Shown piece after piece: positions 7,996 through 17,764 of a DNA stretch of 64,000 nt (within the stretch, counting starts at the first letter, position 1; every line of letters begins with the position of its first letter). The notes below the pieces were generated by a model. That model was given only the letters and a program-made list of their open reading frames with translations. It searched no databases and was not told the origin of the DNA. Origin of the DNA: a virus; IMG/VR virus record IMGVR_UViG_3300020180_000013, positions 1 to 64,000 of that record, one strand, 5' to 3'. A program made the position numbers and the translations under genes.

Positions 7996-8982
7996 ATGAT
8001 AAGAACTAAGAAATTGATAGCTAGTATTAATGATGTACCTCCTACCTGGGCATTTGAGTATTATTTGAAATTACCACAAAAATTATGTGGACAAGAGGTG
8101 TGTATTAGATCTATATTTAATATCAAAGATAACACTCCATCATTTACTCTCTATTGGCATAAGAAGTTGGGCCGGTATCAGTTTAAGGATTTCTCTTCAG
8201 GATATGGAGGGAGCCAAACAGATCTAATAAGTTTAATGTTTAATATTAAACCTTCTGCTGCTATGTATAAGATCATTGAGGATTATAATGAGTTTATCCT
8301 TAATAATGGAGACTGTTATGAGATAGCTGAATTCAAAGAACATAGTAAATATAAAGTTACTGAGTTTACAAAGAGACAATGGAATATATTAGATAGAGAA
8401 TACTGGATGCAGTATAGTATTGGATCCAAGATACTTGAATATTATAATGTATTTCCTCTTGAAAAATATAAGCTTACTAAAGAAGATCAAGAGCTGGTTA
8501 TAACCGGATATAATATTTATGGATTCTTCAGAAAGGATGGGAGTTTATATAAGATTTATCAACCTCATGTCCGGGATAAGAAATTTATAAAAATCAAGGA
8601 CTATATCCAGGGAACTGATCAATTAAAATATGAAGCTCCAATACTAGTTATATGCTCTTCTATGAAGGATTTAATGTGTCTTATAAATTATAAATGGAAT
8701 ATGGAAGCTGTAGCTCCTCATAGTGAGAATACACTAATACCAGAACATATTATTGAAGCTTATAAACACAAGTATAAACTGATAGTTACTCTATTAGATA
8801 ATGATGAGGCCGGGATTAAAGCTATGAAAAAATATCAAGAGAAATATGATATTCCATATGCCCATCTTGAAGGAGAAAAAGATCTATCAGATAATATAGC
8901 TAAATATAGAAAAGAAGCTATAAAGGGTAATACTTATGATTTAATTTATAATGCACTAAATACTAAACTACAAGAAGTATGA
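7996..8982 (+). CDS. DNA primase, crAss-type DnaG/TOPRIM
   Basis: N-terminal D.TPSF...FKDFSSG.GG region and TOPRIM DxD motif LLDNDEAG followed by KDLSD. Confidence 0.82.
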   Translation: MIRTKKLIASINDVPPTWAFEYYLKLPQKLCGQEVCIRSIFNIKDNTPSFTLYWHKKLGRYQFKDFSSGYGGSQTDLISLMFNIKPSAAMYKIIEDYNEFILNNGDCYEIAEFKEHSKYKVTEFTKRQWNILDREYWMQYSIGSKILEYYNVFPLEKYKLTKEDQELVITGYNIYGFFRKDGSLYKIYQPHVRDKKFIKIKDYIQGTDQLKYEAPILVICSSMKDLMCLINYKWNMEAVAPHSENTLIPEHIIEAYKHKYKLIVTLLDNDEAGIKAMKKYQEKYDIPYAHLEGEKDLSDNIAKYRKEAIKGNTYDLIYNALNTKLQEV

Positions 8983-9425
8983 ATAATTTAAAAATTCTAA
9001 GTCTCGATGTAGCAACTCATTGTGGTTGGTGCACTGAAACAGCTTCTGGAGTATGGGATTTCTCTATAAAAAGAGATGAAAGTTCTGGTATGAGGCTAAT
9101 ACGATTTAAGTCCAAGCTTAGAGAACTTGTAGATATAGAAAAAGTAAATCTAATTACTTTTGAAAGAACATCTGGCTTTCATAAGAATGCATTAATAGTC
9201 CAAGCTGAATTACATGGAGTATTAAAGATCTTTTGTGAAGAAAATAAAATTGAGTATAGAGCATTTTCTGCTAGTGAGATAAAGAAATTTGCTACAGGAA
9301 AAGGGAATGCTGGTAAACCTGCTATGGTTCAGGCAGCTCAAGAGAAATATGGATATGCTGGTTATAATGATAATGAAGCTGATGCTATTCATATATATCA
9401 ATTAACAAAATCTTTTTATACATAG
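8979..9425 (+). CDS. RuvC-like Holliday junction resolvase
   Basis: ILSLDVAT, ITFE, IKKFATGKGNAGK and DNEADA motifs. Confidence 0.85.
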   Translation: MNNLKILSLDVATHCGWCTETASGVWDFSIKRDESSGMRLIRFKSKLRELVDIEKVNLITFERTSGFHKNALIVQAELHGVLKIFCEENKIEYRAFSASEIKKFATGKGNAGKPAMVQAAQEKYGYAGYNDNEADAIHIYQLTKSFYT

Positions 9426-9429
9426 TATT

Positions 9430-9852
9430 ATGACGAAAGTAAGTAATCTACGTACATTAACAAATATAGATCCTAAAGATTCAATTACAGTAGCTCCTGC
9501 TTATAATTCCTATCATACTAGTTGTATAATATGTAATACTTATACTACTTCTAGCCGATGTAACTTTTGTCCTAATTGTTTAACTAATCTTAGAGCTATG
9601 ACTGTAGTTTATATTAATAATTACTCTAAACTTGGAATAAAAGGATATAGTAAAGTCAAGAGAACTATTGTTGAAATTTCACAAAAAATAGTTATTGACC
9701 ATATTGGTAATCTTATTTATGAGGGTATTCATCATGGTATTATAACTATTCATACTTCCTCAGGAAAATATGATATTTCTGATCATGTAACTATAGTTCA
9801 TTATAAGGATGAATCATATTCTGATAATATCTTTAATAAACTAAAAGAATAA
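9430..9852 (+). CDS. Zinc-ribbon hypothetical protein
   Basis: CIIC...CNFCPNC. Confidence 0.55.
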   Translation: MTKVSNLRTLTNIDPKDSITVAPAYNSYHTSCIICNTYTTSSRCNFCPNCLTNLRAMTVVYINNYSKLGIKGYSKVKRTIVEISQKIVIDHIGNLIYEGIHHGIITIHTSSGKYDISDHVTIVHYKDESYSDNIFNKLKE

Positions 9853-10103
9853 TGAAGACAAACTTTAATAAACATAGTAGTACTCTAAGTTATGAATGTA
9901 TAGTATGTAAAAATACGTTTAATGTATATATACAGATTAATCAACCTTATCAAACTAGTCTATGTGATAGGTGTATAGATAACTTAAAGAATATAGATAG
10001 ACATGATATTGATAAAGCAGTTAGAGTGGGATCTGAATTAGATGGTATTACTCATGAGTTGATTGAAATAACAAGATGGTATAAAAAAATGAAAAATATG
10101 TAA
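9852..10103 (+). CDS. Zinc-ribbon hypothetical protein
   Basis: CIVC...CDRC. Confidence 0.55.
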   Translation: MKTNFNKHSSTLSYECIVCKNTFNVYIQINQPYQTSLCDRCIDNLKNIDRHDIDKAVRVGSELDGITHELIEITRWYKKMKNM

Positions 10104-10104
10104 T

Positions 10105-10536
10105 ATGGAAAAAGTACAACAAGAAAAAATAACAGTAGATATAAATAATTATGAGAACTTTTGGGCTCTTCTTAATTCTCCAGATAAAGAGAATTCTGTA
10201 GTAGCTCTAACTATACTTAATAATGCAAATTTCCGGGAATCATTACCGTATATATTACTATTATTTAAATCTCAGAATGAGGCATCTAGAGCTACTTGGT
10301 TAAATAATGCCCTGGATTTAAAAAAGAAATTAGAGGGTATTGGTATTAATAGTAACTCTAATCTTAGTTACAAAGCTATTATAGATTTAGTAAAAGATAA
10401 ATGTCCAATAGAAGCTGTTCAGTTTACAATAGATAAATTTAGTTTAGTACTAAAGAAATATCTGGTAGAGTGGGGATTTGATTTTGTTAAAGATTTGGAT
10501 CTAGTTTTAAAACTTAAAGTAGAAGATGGAAAATGA
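10105..10536 (+). CDS. Hypothetical protein, short paralogue of the C-terminal domain of 14548 and 15671
   Basis: YENFWALLNSPDKENSVVALTILNNANFRESLPYILLL aligns with the EIMANC segments of those ORFs. Confidence 0.65.
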   Translation: MEKVQQEKITVDINNYENFWALLNSPDKENSVVALTILNNANFRESLPYILLLFKSQNEASRATWLNNALDLKKKLEGIGINSNSNLSYKAIIDLVKDKCPIEAVQFTIDKFSLVLKKYLVEWGFDFVKDLDLVLKLKVEDGK

Positions 10537-10732
10537 CTCTGAAGAGATAATGGATATGACTGGATTTGAAACAGTATTTCAGATACATGTTAAAATTGAT
10601 CATGATAATAAAGATGCAGAAGTAAAAATAGAACATAAGCATGATGAAATTCCTAATGAAATATTAGTTGGTATACTTGAGTCTTTTATAAACCATCTTA
10701 AGGTAAAACAAGATAGAAGAAATATAAATTAA
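10526..10732 (+). CDS. Hypothetical protein
   Basis: ORF track; overlaps the upstream stop. Confidence 0.55.
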   Translation: MENDSEEIMDMTGFETVFQIHVKIDHDNKDAEVKIEHKHDEIPNEILVGILESFINHLKVKQDRRNIN

Positions 10733-10744
10733 AATATTATAAAT

Positions 10745-12070
10745 ATGATAAATAAACATGATTCATTAGCAAAAGCATGTAAGCAGCTCTGCCTTAAAGA
10801 GCCATTTTATGGATTGTTCTTAATGATGCTTAATAAAGAATGGAACAATACTAAAGTTCCAAGTGCCGGAGTAAGTAAGAATGGTATAAATTATCAGTTA
10901 ACAGTTAATGAAAATTTCTGGAATGGTCTTACTGAATTATGGCAGTTAATGATTATGAAGCATGAACTACTTCATATATCATTCTTTCATCTGGAGAATC
11001 AAGATAGGTTCCCGGATAAAGTAGTAGCTAATATAGCTATGGATATTGAGATCAATCAGTATATTGATCCATCTTGGCTTCCTTGTTTTGATGTAACTAC
11101 TAAAGAGTTTGAGGCTAAGTATACTCCTATTGCTAAAAAGTTAGCAGAAGATGTTAAAGATGGAGTTATTACAATGGAAGAGTATACTAAACAGATTCAT
11201 GCTATTCCTCCAAGAGGTGTGTATATCCAGGATTTTCCGGAATTGAAGTTAGAGCCTAAGAAAGGAACTAAGTATTACTATGATAAGTTAATGCAAGGTA
11301 AAGAGCAAAAAGAGAAAACCGGAAGTTCAGGATCCTCAGCTCTAGATAGTCTATTAGATCAAATGGATAGTGGACAACCTACAGTATGTGATCATGGCAC
11401 TTGGAAAGAGTTTGAAGCTATGTCAGAGACTGAAAAGAAGCTATTAAGAAGCCAGACTGATTTTCATCTTAAAGAAGTAGCTGATGCTATTACTAAAAGC
11501 CGGGGAACTATTCCAAGTGAGTTAGCTGATTACATTAGTAAGATAGATCACAAAGAGCCTCCTAAATTTGACTGGAAGGGGTATCTAAGAAGATTTACCG
11601 GTGGTTCTACTAAGATCTATACTAAGAAGCTTCATAGGAAGTATAATAAGAGATTTGAAGATAATCCGGGATTAAAGATTAAGCAAAAGAGACATGTTCT
11701 AGTAGCTGTAGATACTTCAGGATCTGTAAGTAAAAATGAACTTGAAGAATTCTTTCATGAGATCTATCATATACACAAAGGAGGCACTGAAGTAACAGTA
11801 GTCCAATGTGATGCTGCTATAGCTAAAATAGAACCTTTTAAAAAGGATACTGCAGATAAGATTAAAGTTCATGGCCGGGGAGGAACTAGTTTTGATCCTC
11901 CATGTGATTATTTTAATGAGAATCCTCATAAGTATAGCTGTATGATCTATTTTACTGATGGAGAAGCTCCAGCACCTGTAAATAAGATAAGAGGGAAGAT
12001 ACTATGGGTATTATCTAGTACATCTAATCTAAATGATAAATTACCGGGATTAAAAATAAAATTGAATTAA
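10745..12070 (+). CDS. HExxH metallopeptidase-like plus VWA domain protein (DUF2201-like), MoxR partner
   Basis: KHELLH; MIDAS motif VAVDTSGS; GRGGTSFDP; YFTDG. Confidence 0.88.
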   Translation: MINKHDSLAKACKQLCLKEPFYGLFLMMLNKEWNNTKVPSAGVSKNGINYQLTVNENFWNGLTELWQLMIMKHELLHISFFHLENQDRFPDKVVANIAMDIEINQYIDPSWLPCFDVTTKEFEAKYTPIAKKLAEDVKDGVITMEEYTKQIHAIPPRGVYIQDFPELKLEPKKGTKYYYDKLMQGKEQKEKTGSSGSSALDSLLDQMDSGQPTVCDHGTWKEFEAMSETEKKLLRSQTDFHLKEVADAITKSRGTIPSELADYISKIDHKEPPKFDWKGYLRRFTGGSTKIYTKKLHRKYNKRFEDNPGLKIKQKRHVLVAVDTSGSVSKNELEEFFHEIYHIHKGGTEVTVVQCDAAIAKIEPFKKDTADKIKVHGRGGTSFDPPCDYFNENPHKYSCMIYFTDGEAPAPVNKIRGKILWVLSSTSNLNDKLPGLKIKLN

Positions 12071-12093
12071 TAAATATTTAAACTAAAAAGGAT

Positions 12094-12324
12094 ATGAGCA
12101 AAGAAAATGCACAAGTAAATTTAAACATAGATGAACTAAAAGACTTCCTAAAGCATATAATAAAGAATAATGAATATATTCAGCTATCTAATAAAAATCC
12201 GGTGGCTGTAGAAGTAATTGGAGAATCAGGAATTGGTAAGACTTCTGCAGTAGTTCAGTTGGCTGATGAATTAAAGTTAAACTTTATAAAGTTAAACTTA
12301 AGTCAAATAGAAGAGTTAGGGGAT
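12094..12324 (+). CDS. MoxR-like AAA+ ATPase, exon 1
   Basis: Walker A GESGIGKTS; ends at EELGD, the 5' splice site U12324. Confidence 0.88.
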
Positions 12325-12352
12325 TAAACATTGCTTATCTGGAAGAGTTTTG

Positions 12353-12360
12353 TAACTTTG
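12353..12360 (+). promoter_or_regulatory. Bacteroidota-type -7 box (TAACTTTG) upstream of the intron endonuclease
   Basis: Exact TAnnTTTG match with a TTG about 20 nt upstream. Confidence 0.55.
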
Positions 12361-12379
12361 TAGACAAAACTTAACTAAG

Positions 12380-13195
12380 ATGAAAAATCTCTTCTATGAA
12401 CTAAAAGTAAATGAACTCAAATCTAAGTGTGGTGTATATATGATATCGTGTAAAGATCATAAATATATAGGTAGTAGTAAGTCTTTATATTCCCGGTTAA
12501 GGGAGCATAGAGGTGATATGCTATTGAATAACCATACTAATTCTTTCCTTCAAGCTTGTTATAATAAATATAGTGCTTCTGAAATATTTTATACTATTCT
12601 GGAACTTTGTTCTCCTGAAGAGAGAATATGTAAAGAAGCCTTATATATTAAACAGCTTGAGTCGGATATGAATATGCAGAATCCTGTTACTAAAACTTTA
12701 TCGAATATAAGTAAGAAAAAAATATCAAAATCATTGATAAAAGCTTACTTAGAAGGTAGAAAAGTTACTAAGCAGCAGAGTCCGGTAGAGATGTATGATC
12801 TGAATGGAAATTTCATCAAAGAGTATAATAGTAGTGATGAAGCAGCTAAAGAGAATGGAGTAAGTCCTCATACTATACAAATAGCAGCAAGTAAATATTA
12901 TGCTGGTAGATTATGTGGATTAAGAAGATTTAGATATAAATTTTCAAAATTTCCTCCAAAGAAATTCTCTTATGTTAGACCTCAGAGTATAACATCTAGA
13001 TTTGAGTTTGTAATAGTAGAACCTAATAATAATGTGATTAAGATAAAGTCTGGAGTAAAAAATATAAATCAGGCTATTGTTGATCAATTATTAAAAGGTA
13101 ATACTGAATTTAAGATTAAAGGATATCCCAAGGTCCCCTTTAAATCGGGTGAATTGCTGGAACAGCCTGAAAAGGCCAATCAGCAGCCAAGCTAA
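12380..13195 (+). CDS. Intron-encoded GIY-YIG homing endonuclease with a NUMOD1-like domain
   Basis: GVYMI...YIGSS...RLREH...E; PVEMYDLNGNFIKEYNSSDEAAKENG. Confidence 0.9.
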   Translation: MKNLFYELKVNELKSKCGVYMISCKDHKYIGSSKSLYSRLREHRGDMLLNNHTNSFLQACYNKYSASEIFYTILELCSPEERICKEALYIKQLESDMNMQNPVTKTLSNISKKKISKSLIKAYLEGRKVTKQQSPVEMYDLNGNFIKEYNSSDEAAKENGVSPHTIQIAASKYYAGRLCGLRRFRYKFSKFPPKKFSYVRPQSITSRFEFVIVEPNNNVIKIKSGVKNINQAIVDQLLKGNTEFKIKGYPKVPFKSGELLEQPEKANQQPS

Positions 13196-13367
13196 TCAGG
13201 AATGGTTAGAAGGTTCAACGACTAGTAGCATACCACCAGAAAGGTGATGAAGCTGCCAAGAGCTCCCGACAATAGTATAGCAAAACTATTGATGATATAG
13301 TCTGAACAGTAGCTATAAATAAAACTACTGAATTACAAGATAAAGAACTTGTAAGATAACAATATTG

Positions 13368-14354
13368 TTAGTGGGATATCCTATTAGACAATTTCAGTTG
13401 TGTAAGAAAGAAACTAAAGCTGTTGGATCTTTAGGTACTGATTTAGTTAATTGTATATGGATAGATGAGCATGCTATTTCTGAGTATATAAAGCAAGGAT
13501 ATGCATTTACTGGTGACAAGAGGATGTCCTATTGTCCTCCAGAATGGATTGCAGATAAACAAGGAGGAGGTATATTATTATTGGATGACTGGAACCGGGC
13601 AGATTTGAGATTTCTTCAGGCTGTGATGGAATTGGTAGATAGACAAGAATATATATCATGGAAGCTTCCTAAGGGCTGGAATATCTTTCTAAGTGCTAAT
13701 CCGGATAATGGAGATTACTTAGTTAATACTATAGATGTGGCTCAAAAGACAAGGTTCATATCGGCTAATTTAAAGTTTGATATTACCTGCTGGGCAAGAT
13801 GGGCTGAGAAACAAGGTATAGATGGCCGGTGTATTAATTTCTTGCTCTTACATCCTGAAGTAGTAACTCAACAATGTAATTCAAGATCTATTACTAACTT
13901 CTTTAATAGTATTAGTTCATTTGAAAAGTTTGAAGACAATCTTCCTATGATTCAGCTAATTGGAGAAGGATCAGTAGGTCCTCAATTCTCAACTATGTTT
14001 ACTATTTTCATTAATAATAAACTGGATAAATTAGTTAGTCCTAAAGAGATGCTTACTAATCCAAACTGGATTCATGTTAAATCAGAACTGAAAGCTTGTG
14101 TAGGTGAAGGAAATGGTTATAGATCCGATATAGCAAGTATCTTAAGTACAAGGTTAATAAACTATAGTATAGTACATGCAGAAAAGCATACTATAACTAA
14201 AGATCTAACTGATAGATTAATTGCTATTACTACAGAGGAGATTCTTGCTAATGATCTAAAGTATTTTATAGTTAAAAGTATACTTAATGCAAATAAATCA
14301 AAATTTCAGGGAATAATGTTAAATAAAGAAGTAGTGGCAATGGCAATAAAATAA
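13368..14354 (+). CDS. MoxR-like AAA+ ATPase, exon 2 (spliced product 405 aa)
   Basis: Walker B ILLLDDWNRAD, sensor SANP and arginine finger AQKTRF. Confidence 0.88.
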   Translation, partial: LVGYPIRQFQLCKKETKAVGSLGTDLVNCIWIDEHAISEYIKQGYAFTGDKRMSYCPPEWIADKQGGGILLLDDWNRADLRFLQAVMELVDRQEYISWKLPKGWNIFLSANPDNGDYLVNTIDVAQKTRFISANLKFDITCWARWAEKQGIDGRCINFLLLHPEVVTQQCNSRSITNFFNSISSFEKFEDNLPMIQLIGEGSVGPQFSTMFTIFINNKLDKLVSPKEMLTNPNWIHVKSELKACVGEGNGYRSDIASILSTRLINYSIVHAEKHTITKDLTDRLIAITTEEILANDLKYFIVKSILNANKSKFQGIMLNKEVVAMAIK

Positions 14355-14356
14355 CA

Positions 14357-14551
14357 ATGATTAATTTTTTAAGATATAGATATGAACCCGGACTCAATGA
14401 TGAAAAAAGACTACAATTATGTATTAGTTATTTTTGTCTTATTGAGTCCGGCTATATTGATTCTGGAACAGATGATGTACATAAATTTGTAAGTCTTATG
14501 GGAAGAAATGAACAATCTATTATGTATAGAATAAATAAGAAAAGAAAATGA
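14357..14551 (+). CDS. Small hypothetical protein, HTH-like
   Basis: MGRNEQSIMYRI helix pattern. Confidence 0.45.
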   Translation: MINFLRYRYEPGLNDEKRLQLCISYFCLIESGYIDSGTDDVHKFVSLMGRNEQSIMYRINKKRK

Positions 14552-15678
14552 GTTATAATCCATTTATTAAAATAGATCAGGATAAGATTGATAAACTTCC
14601 CTGGATTCAACAGGGTTGGCAATATTATTTTGCTGATAGTAATAAAAGTATTGGTGTAGGTATTGTATATGATGTCTCAAGAGAGACCTATGGTAAACTT
14701 AATGAAAGACTTAGGGGGTCTGGAAATGACACTATTAAGCCAAAAGATAAAGTATATCTCTTACCTGGTAGTAAGATTCCCTTGTTTAAGTTAAAAGATC
14801 ATCTTAGAAAAATAGGAGCTACTCATGTTGGTGATATAAATAAAGCTACATTCTTTATAGGTAATAATAATATAGCTTTTGAAGTTGAACATGCTCAAGC
14901 AAAGATGACTAATATTATATTTACTGATAGAAGTCCTGAAATAGTTACAGATAATTATTCATGTGAGAGTCATTTTACTACTAGATATTCTACAGAGGCC
15001 AGATCTTCTGTAGAAGGTTATATTAATAGTGGTGATAGATATTCTCAGATATATTTAGCTTATCCTACTTGTAGAGGAGGTATAGACTGGGTTGAAAGTA
15101 GATTTGTTCAATATTTTGTTACTCCGGTAGCAGCTATGATTATTTATAATTCTATATCTAAGAAGATTCCAATTGTTAGTGAGGATGTAATTCTTGATCA
15201 GATGTCACCATCTACTATTATAGATCAAGAAGTATATGAAAGTATAGTAAGTATGTTTCAGAGTACAGATCGAACTAATCATGAAATAGGAATAGAAATT
15301 ATGGCTAATTGTGATATAAAGAAATCTATCTTTTATTTATGGAGATTAAATAAAGGATGGTCTTACAAAATTAATAATTCAAGAATGAAAAATATAAGAT
15401 TATTTGTTGAGAGATCTGCATGGAAGGACTTATATGGTATGGATGCAGAAGACTTTATTGAGTATATGTATACTAATGATTATTTAACTAAAGAGTTTTA
15501 TCAGGAATTAATTAAGACAGTTGCTGAGAACTATAAAGATAAGTTAGAGTCTCCTGTATTTAAAATAACATTAGCTCCATCTGAGAAATATAAAGAGTAT
15601 TCAGATGAGACTGATGTGTTTGAGTTTACTCATAAGGATGAACAAACTACAACAAGAAATATTGAAAACTATGCATAA
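14548..15678 (+). CDS. Hypothetical protein with a BRCT-like segment and an EIMANC helical domain
   Basis: IPLFKLKDHLRKIGATHVGDINKATFFI; EIMANC. Confidence 0.65.
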   Translation: MSYNPFIKIDQDKIDKLPWIQQGWQYYFADSNKSIGVGIVYDVSRETYGKLNERLRGSGNDTIKPKDKVYLLPGSKIPLFKLKDHLRKIGATHVGDINKATFFIGNNNIAFEVEHAQAKMTNIIFTDRSPEIVTDNYSCESHFTTRYSTEARSSVEGYINSGDRYSQIYLAYPTCRGGIDWVESRFVQYFVTPVAAMIIYNSISKKIPIVSEDVILDQMSPSTIIDQEVYESIVSMFQSTDRTNHEIGIEIMANCDIKKSIFYLWRLNKGWSYKINNSRMKNIRLFVERSAWKDLYGMDAEDFIEYMYTNDYLTKEFYQELIKTVAENYKDKLESPVFKITLAPSEKYKEYSDETDVFEFTHKDEQTTTRNIENYA

Positions 15679-16747
15679 TAAATTTGAGGAAACTATTGTA
15701 ATTGATAGGTTTGATGCTAGTACTAATTGTATAAAATATTCTAAAAGGTTTGTATATATTCCTGAAATAACTTCAAGAATTGTAGACTGGGTTAATTGGA
15801 GTGAGTTATATAAAGATATCTCAAAGAAAAATCTTGATATTACTAATGTAAATACTATACATTTTTATAATAAATGTACAGTTCCTAGGTTTAAATTAAA
15901 AGACTTTTGTACTGCAAATAGTATATCTTCAGTAAGAGATAGTAATAAAGCAGATATTGTAATATTAGGTCCGGAAAGTATAGATACAACTATTTATACT
16001 TCTTACTCAACAATTATAGAACCTGAAGTACTATATACTATCTTATTTACTCATAAAGATATCCTTTTAGGAGAGTTTAGTAATCTTGATCAATTTCTTT
16101 CTGATTTGAAATCCTGTACATGTAAATATATATTTAATACTCAAGACTATGCTTACTATGCTTTTAGAAAAATATTTATTAGTAAAGGATTAATTAAAAT
16201 TAGTGAACAACTTCAAGGTTTTATAGTAGCTAGGTTCTCTATTACTAATGATCCAAGTTTTGTAGATAAACTAATTGATCCTAATAATAATTTCTATGGT
16301 CAAGATAGTATCTTGAGACTTTTAAATATAGGAGCTATAATAAATAAAGAAGTAAGTGATCAAATCAGTGCTCTAATTGATAGTGAAGATAAACAGAACG
16401 TAGTAGTAGCTATGGAGATTATGGCTAATTGCAACTATGAAGAATCTATTATATACTTATGTCTATTATTTAGAAACTATTATGGAACCAAATTTAGGTC
16501 AGTAAAAGAAAATAATGCTGTAAATTTTAAATCTCTTAAAAAGTATTTGGGTCTTAATTTATATCATATTACTTTAGATAATATTGTAAATGTATGTATT
16601 AATAAAGATCTATTGACTCAATCTAATATTGATATCCTTCAGAGTATTGCATTTGCTGAAGCTCAAGAATCTGCTAATACTAAATATTTTTGGATTACTA
16701 AAGTGGATTTTGTTAAAGAAGCTATAGAAGAGGAGGTAGAAGTATGA
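15671..16747 (+). CDS. Paralogue of 14548..15678; start revised to ATG 15671
   Basis: VPRFKLKDFCTANSISSVRDSNKADIVI; EIMANC; ATGCATAA overlap with the upstream stop. Confidence 0.65.
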   Translation: MHNKFEETIVIDRFDASTNCIKYSKRFVYIPEITSRIVDWVNWSELYKDISKKNLDITNVNTIHFYNKCTVPRFKLKDFCTANSISSVRDSNKADIVILGPESIDTTIYTSYSTIIEPEVLYTILFTHKDILLGEFSNLDQFLSDLKSCTCKYIFNTQDYAYYAFRKIFISKGLIKISEQLQGFIVARFSITNDPSFVDKLIDPNNNFYGQDSILRLLNIGAIINKEVSDQISALIDSEDKQNVVVAMEIMANCNYEESIIYLCLLFRNYYGTKFRSVKENNAVNFKSLKKYLGLNLYHITLDNIVNVCINKDLLTQSNIDILQSIAFAEAQESANTKYFWITKVDFVKEAIEEEVEV

Positions 16748-17751
16748 GTAGATCGGATCCAGGTTTAGATTCACAAGTAGTCAATCTTGAAGATGAATTC
16801 TTTAATAAGAAACACTACTTTTCATATTCAGGTTTGCAGAAGTTATTATATTCTCCTAAATTATGGTATAACCATTATATTATAGGAGAAAGAGAAGATA
16901 GATTAGATCAGCATTTAATTGATGGAAAAGTGATCCATTGTTTACTATTAGACAATGGTAATTTTGAGAAACAATTTATTATACTTCCGGGGAGGCTTCC
17001 CACAGGAAATAATAGAGTAGTAATAGATAAGTTATTTAACTTAACAAGGAATACAAAATCAGAAAAAGTATTAGGAGAGTTTGATAAAGAGATTTTAGAA
17101 ATACTAAAAGAGATAGATCTTCATCAATCATTGAAGACAGATGCTCAAAGGATAGAAAAGATAGTAACAGAAGAAAGTCGGAGTTACTATAATTATTTAG
17201 CAGAAAAAGGAAATAAGGATATACTGGATGAGGAGACCTTAGCAAGATGTCAGGAATCAGTAAAAATCCTAAGAAATAATAAGAAAGTAACACAATTATT
17301 ATGTCTGGAGTGTGACAACTCTATAGATATATATAATGAACTAGAAATAAAAGTTGAAGCCGGGGATTGGCCTTTTGGGTTTAAGGGGATTATAGATAAT
17401 CTGGTTATAGATAGAACCAATAAGGTTGTTTATATTAATGACTTAAAGACAAGTGGAAAAACTCTTGCTGATTTTAAAGAGACCATAGAGTATTATAAGT
17501 ACTGGCTTCAGGCTGCTATTTATATCTTTATGGTAAAGGAGTATTATAATTTAGATACAAGCTGGAAAATTAAGTTCACATTTATTGTTATTGATAAGTA
17601 TCTACAGGTTTACCCATTTGTAATTAGTGAAGTTACAATGAGTATATGGAATGACCGATTTTTAGATGCTGTATTAGTTGCAAACTATCATTATGAAAAT
17701 AAATCTTTTGATTTACCATATGAATTTTGTACTAATTCTGTAATTTTATAA
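16744..17751 (+). CDS. PD-(D/E)xK exonuclease (RecE/ExoVIII- or Cas4-like)
   Basis: SYSGL; E...FKGIIDNL...INDLKTSG; YWLQAAIY. Confidence 0.85.
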   Translation: MSRSDPGLDSQVVNLEDEFFNKKHYFSYSGLQKLLYSPKLWYNHYIIGEREDRLDQHLIDGKVIHCLLLDNGNFEKQFIILPGRLPTGNNRVVIDKLFNLTRNTKSEKVLGEFDKEILEILKEIDLHQSLKTDAQRIEKIVTEESRSYYNYLAEKGNKDILDEETLARCQESVKILRNNKKVTQLLCLECDNSIDIYNELEIKVEAGDWPFGFKGIIDNLVIDRTNKVVYINDLKTSGKTLADFKETIEYYKYWLQAAIYIFMVKEYYNLDTSWKIKFTFIVIDKYLQVYPFVISEVTMSIWNDRFLDAVLVANYHYENKSFDLPYEFCTNSVIL

Positions 17752-17764
17752 TATAAACTTAATA

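Larger units (their letters stand above)
12325..13367 (+). mobile_element. Group I intron (1043 nt) in the ATPase gene
   Basis: Core elements GAATTGCTGGAA (13151), AATCAGCAGCCAAG, GTTCAACGACTAG and GATATAGTCTG. IGS GTCCCCT (13133-13139) pairs with exon AGGGGAT via a G.U at the splice site. Terminal G13367. Splicing restores EELGD|LVGYP. Confidence 0.92.
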
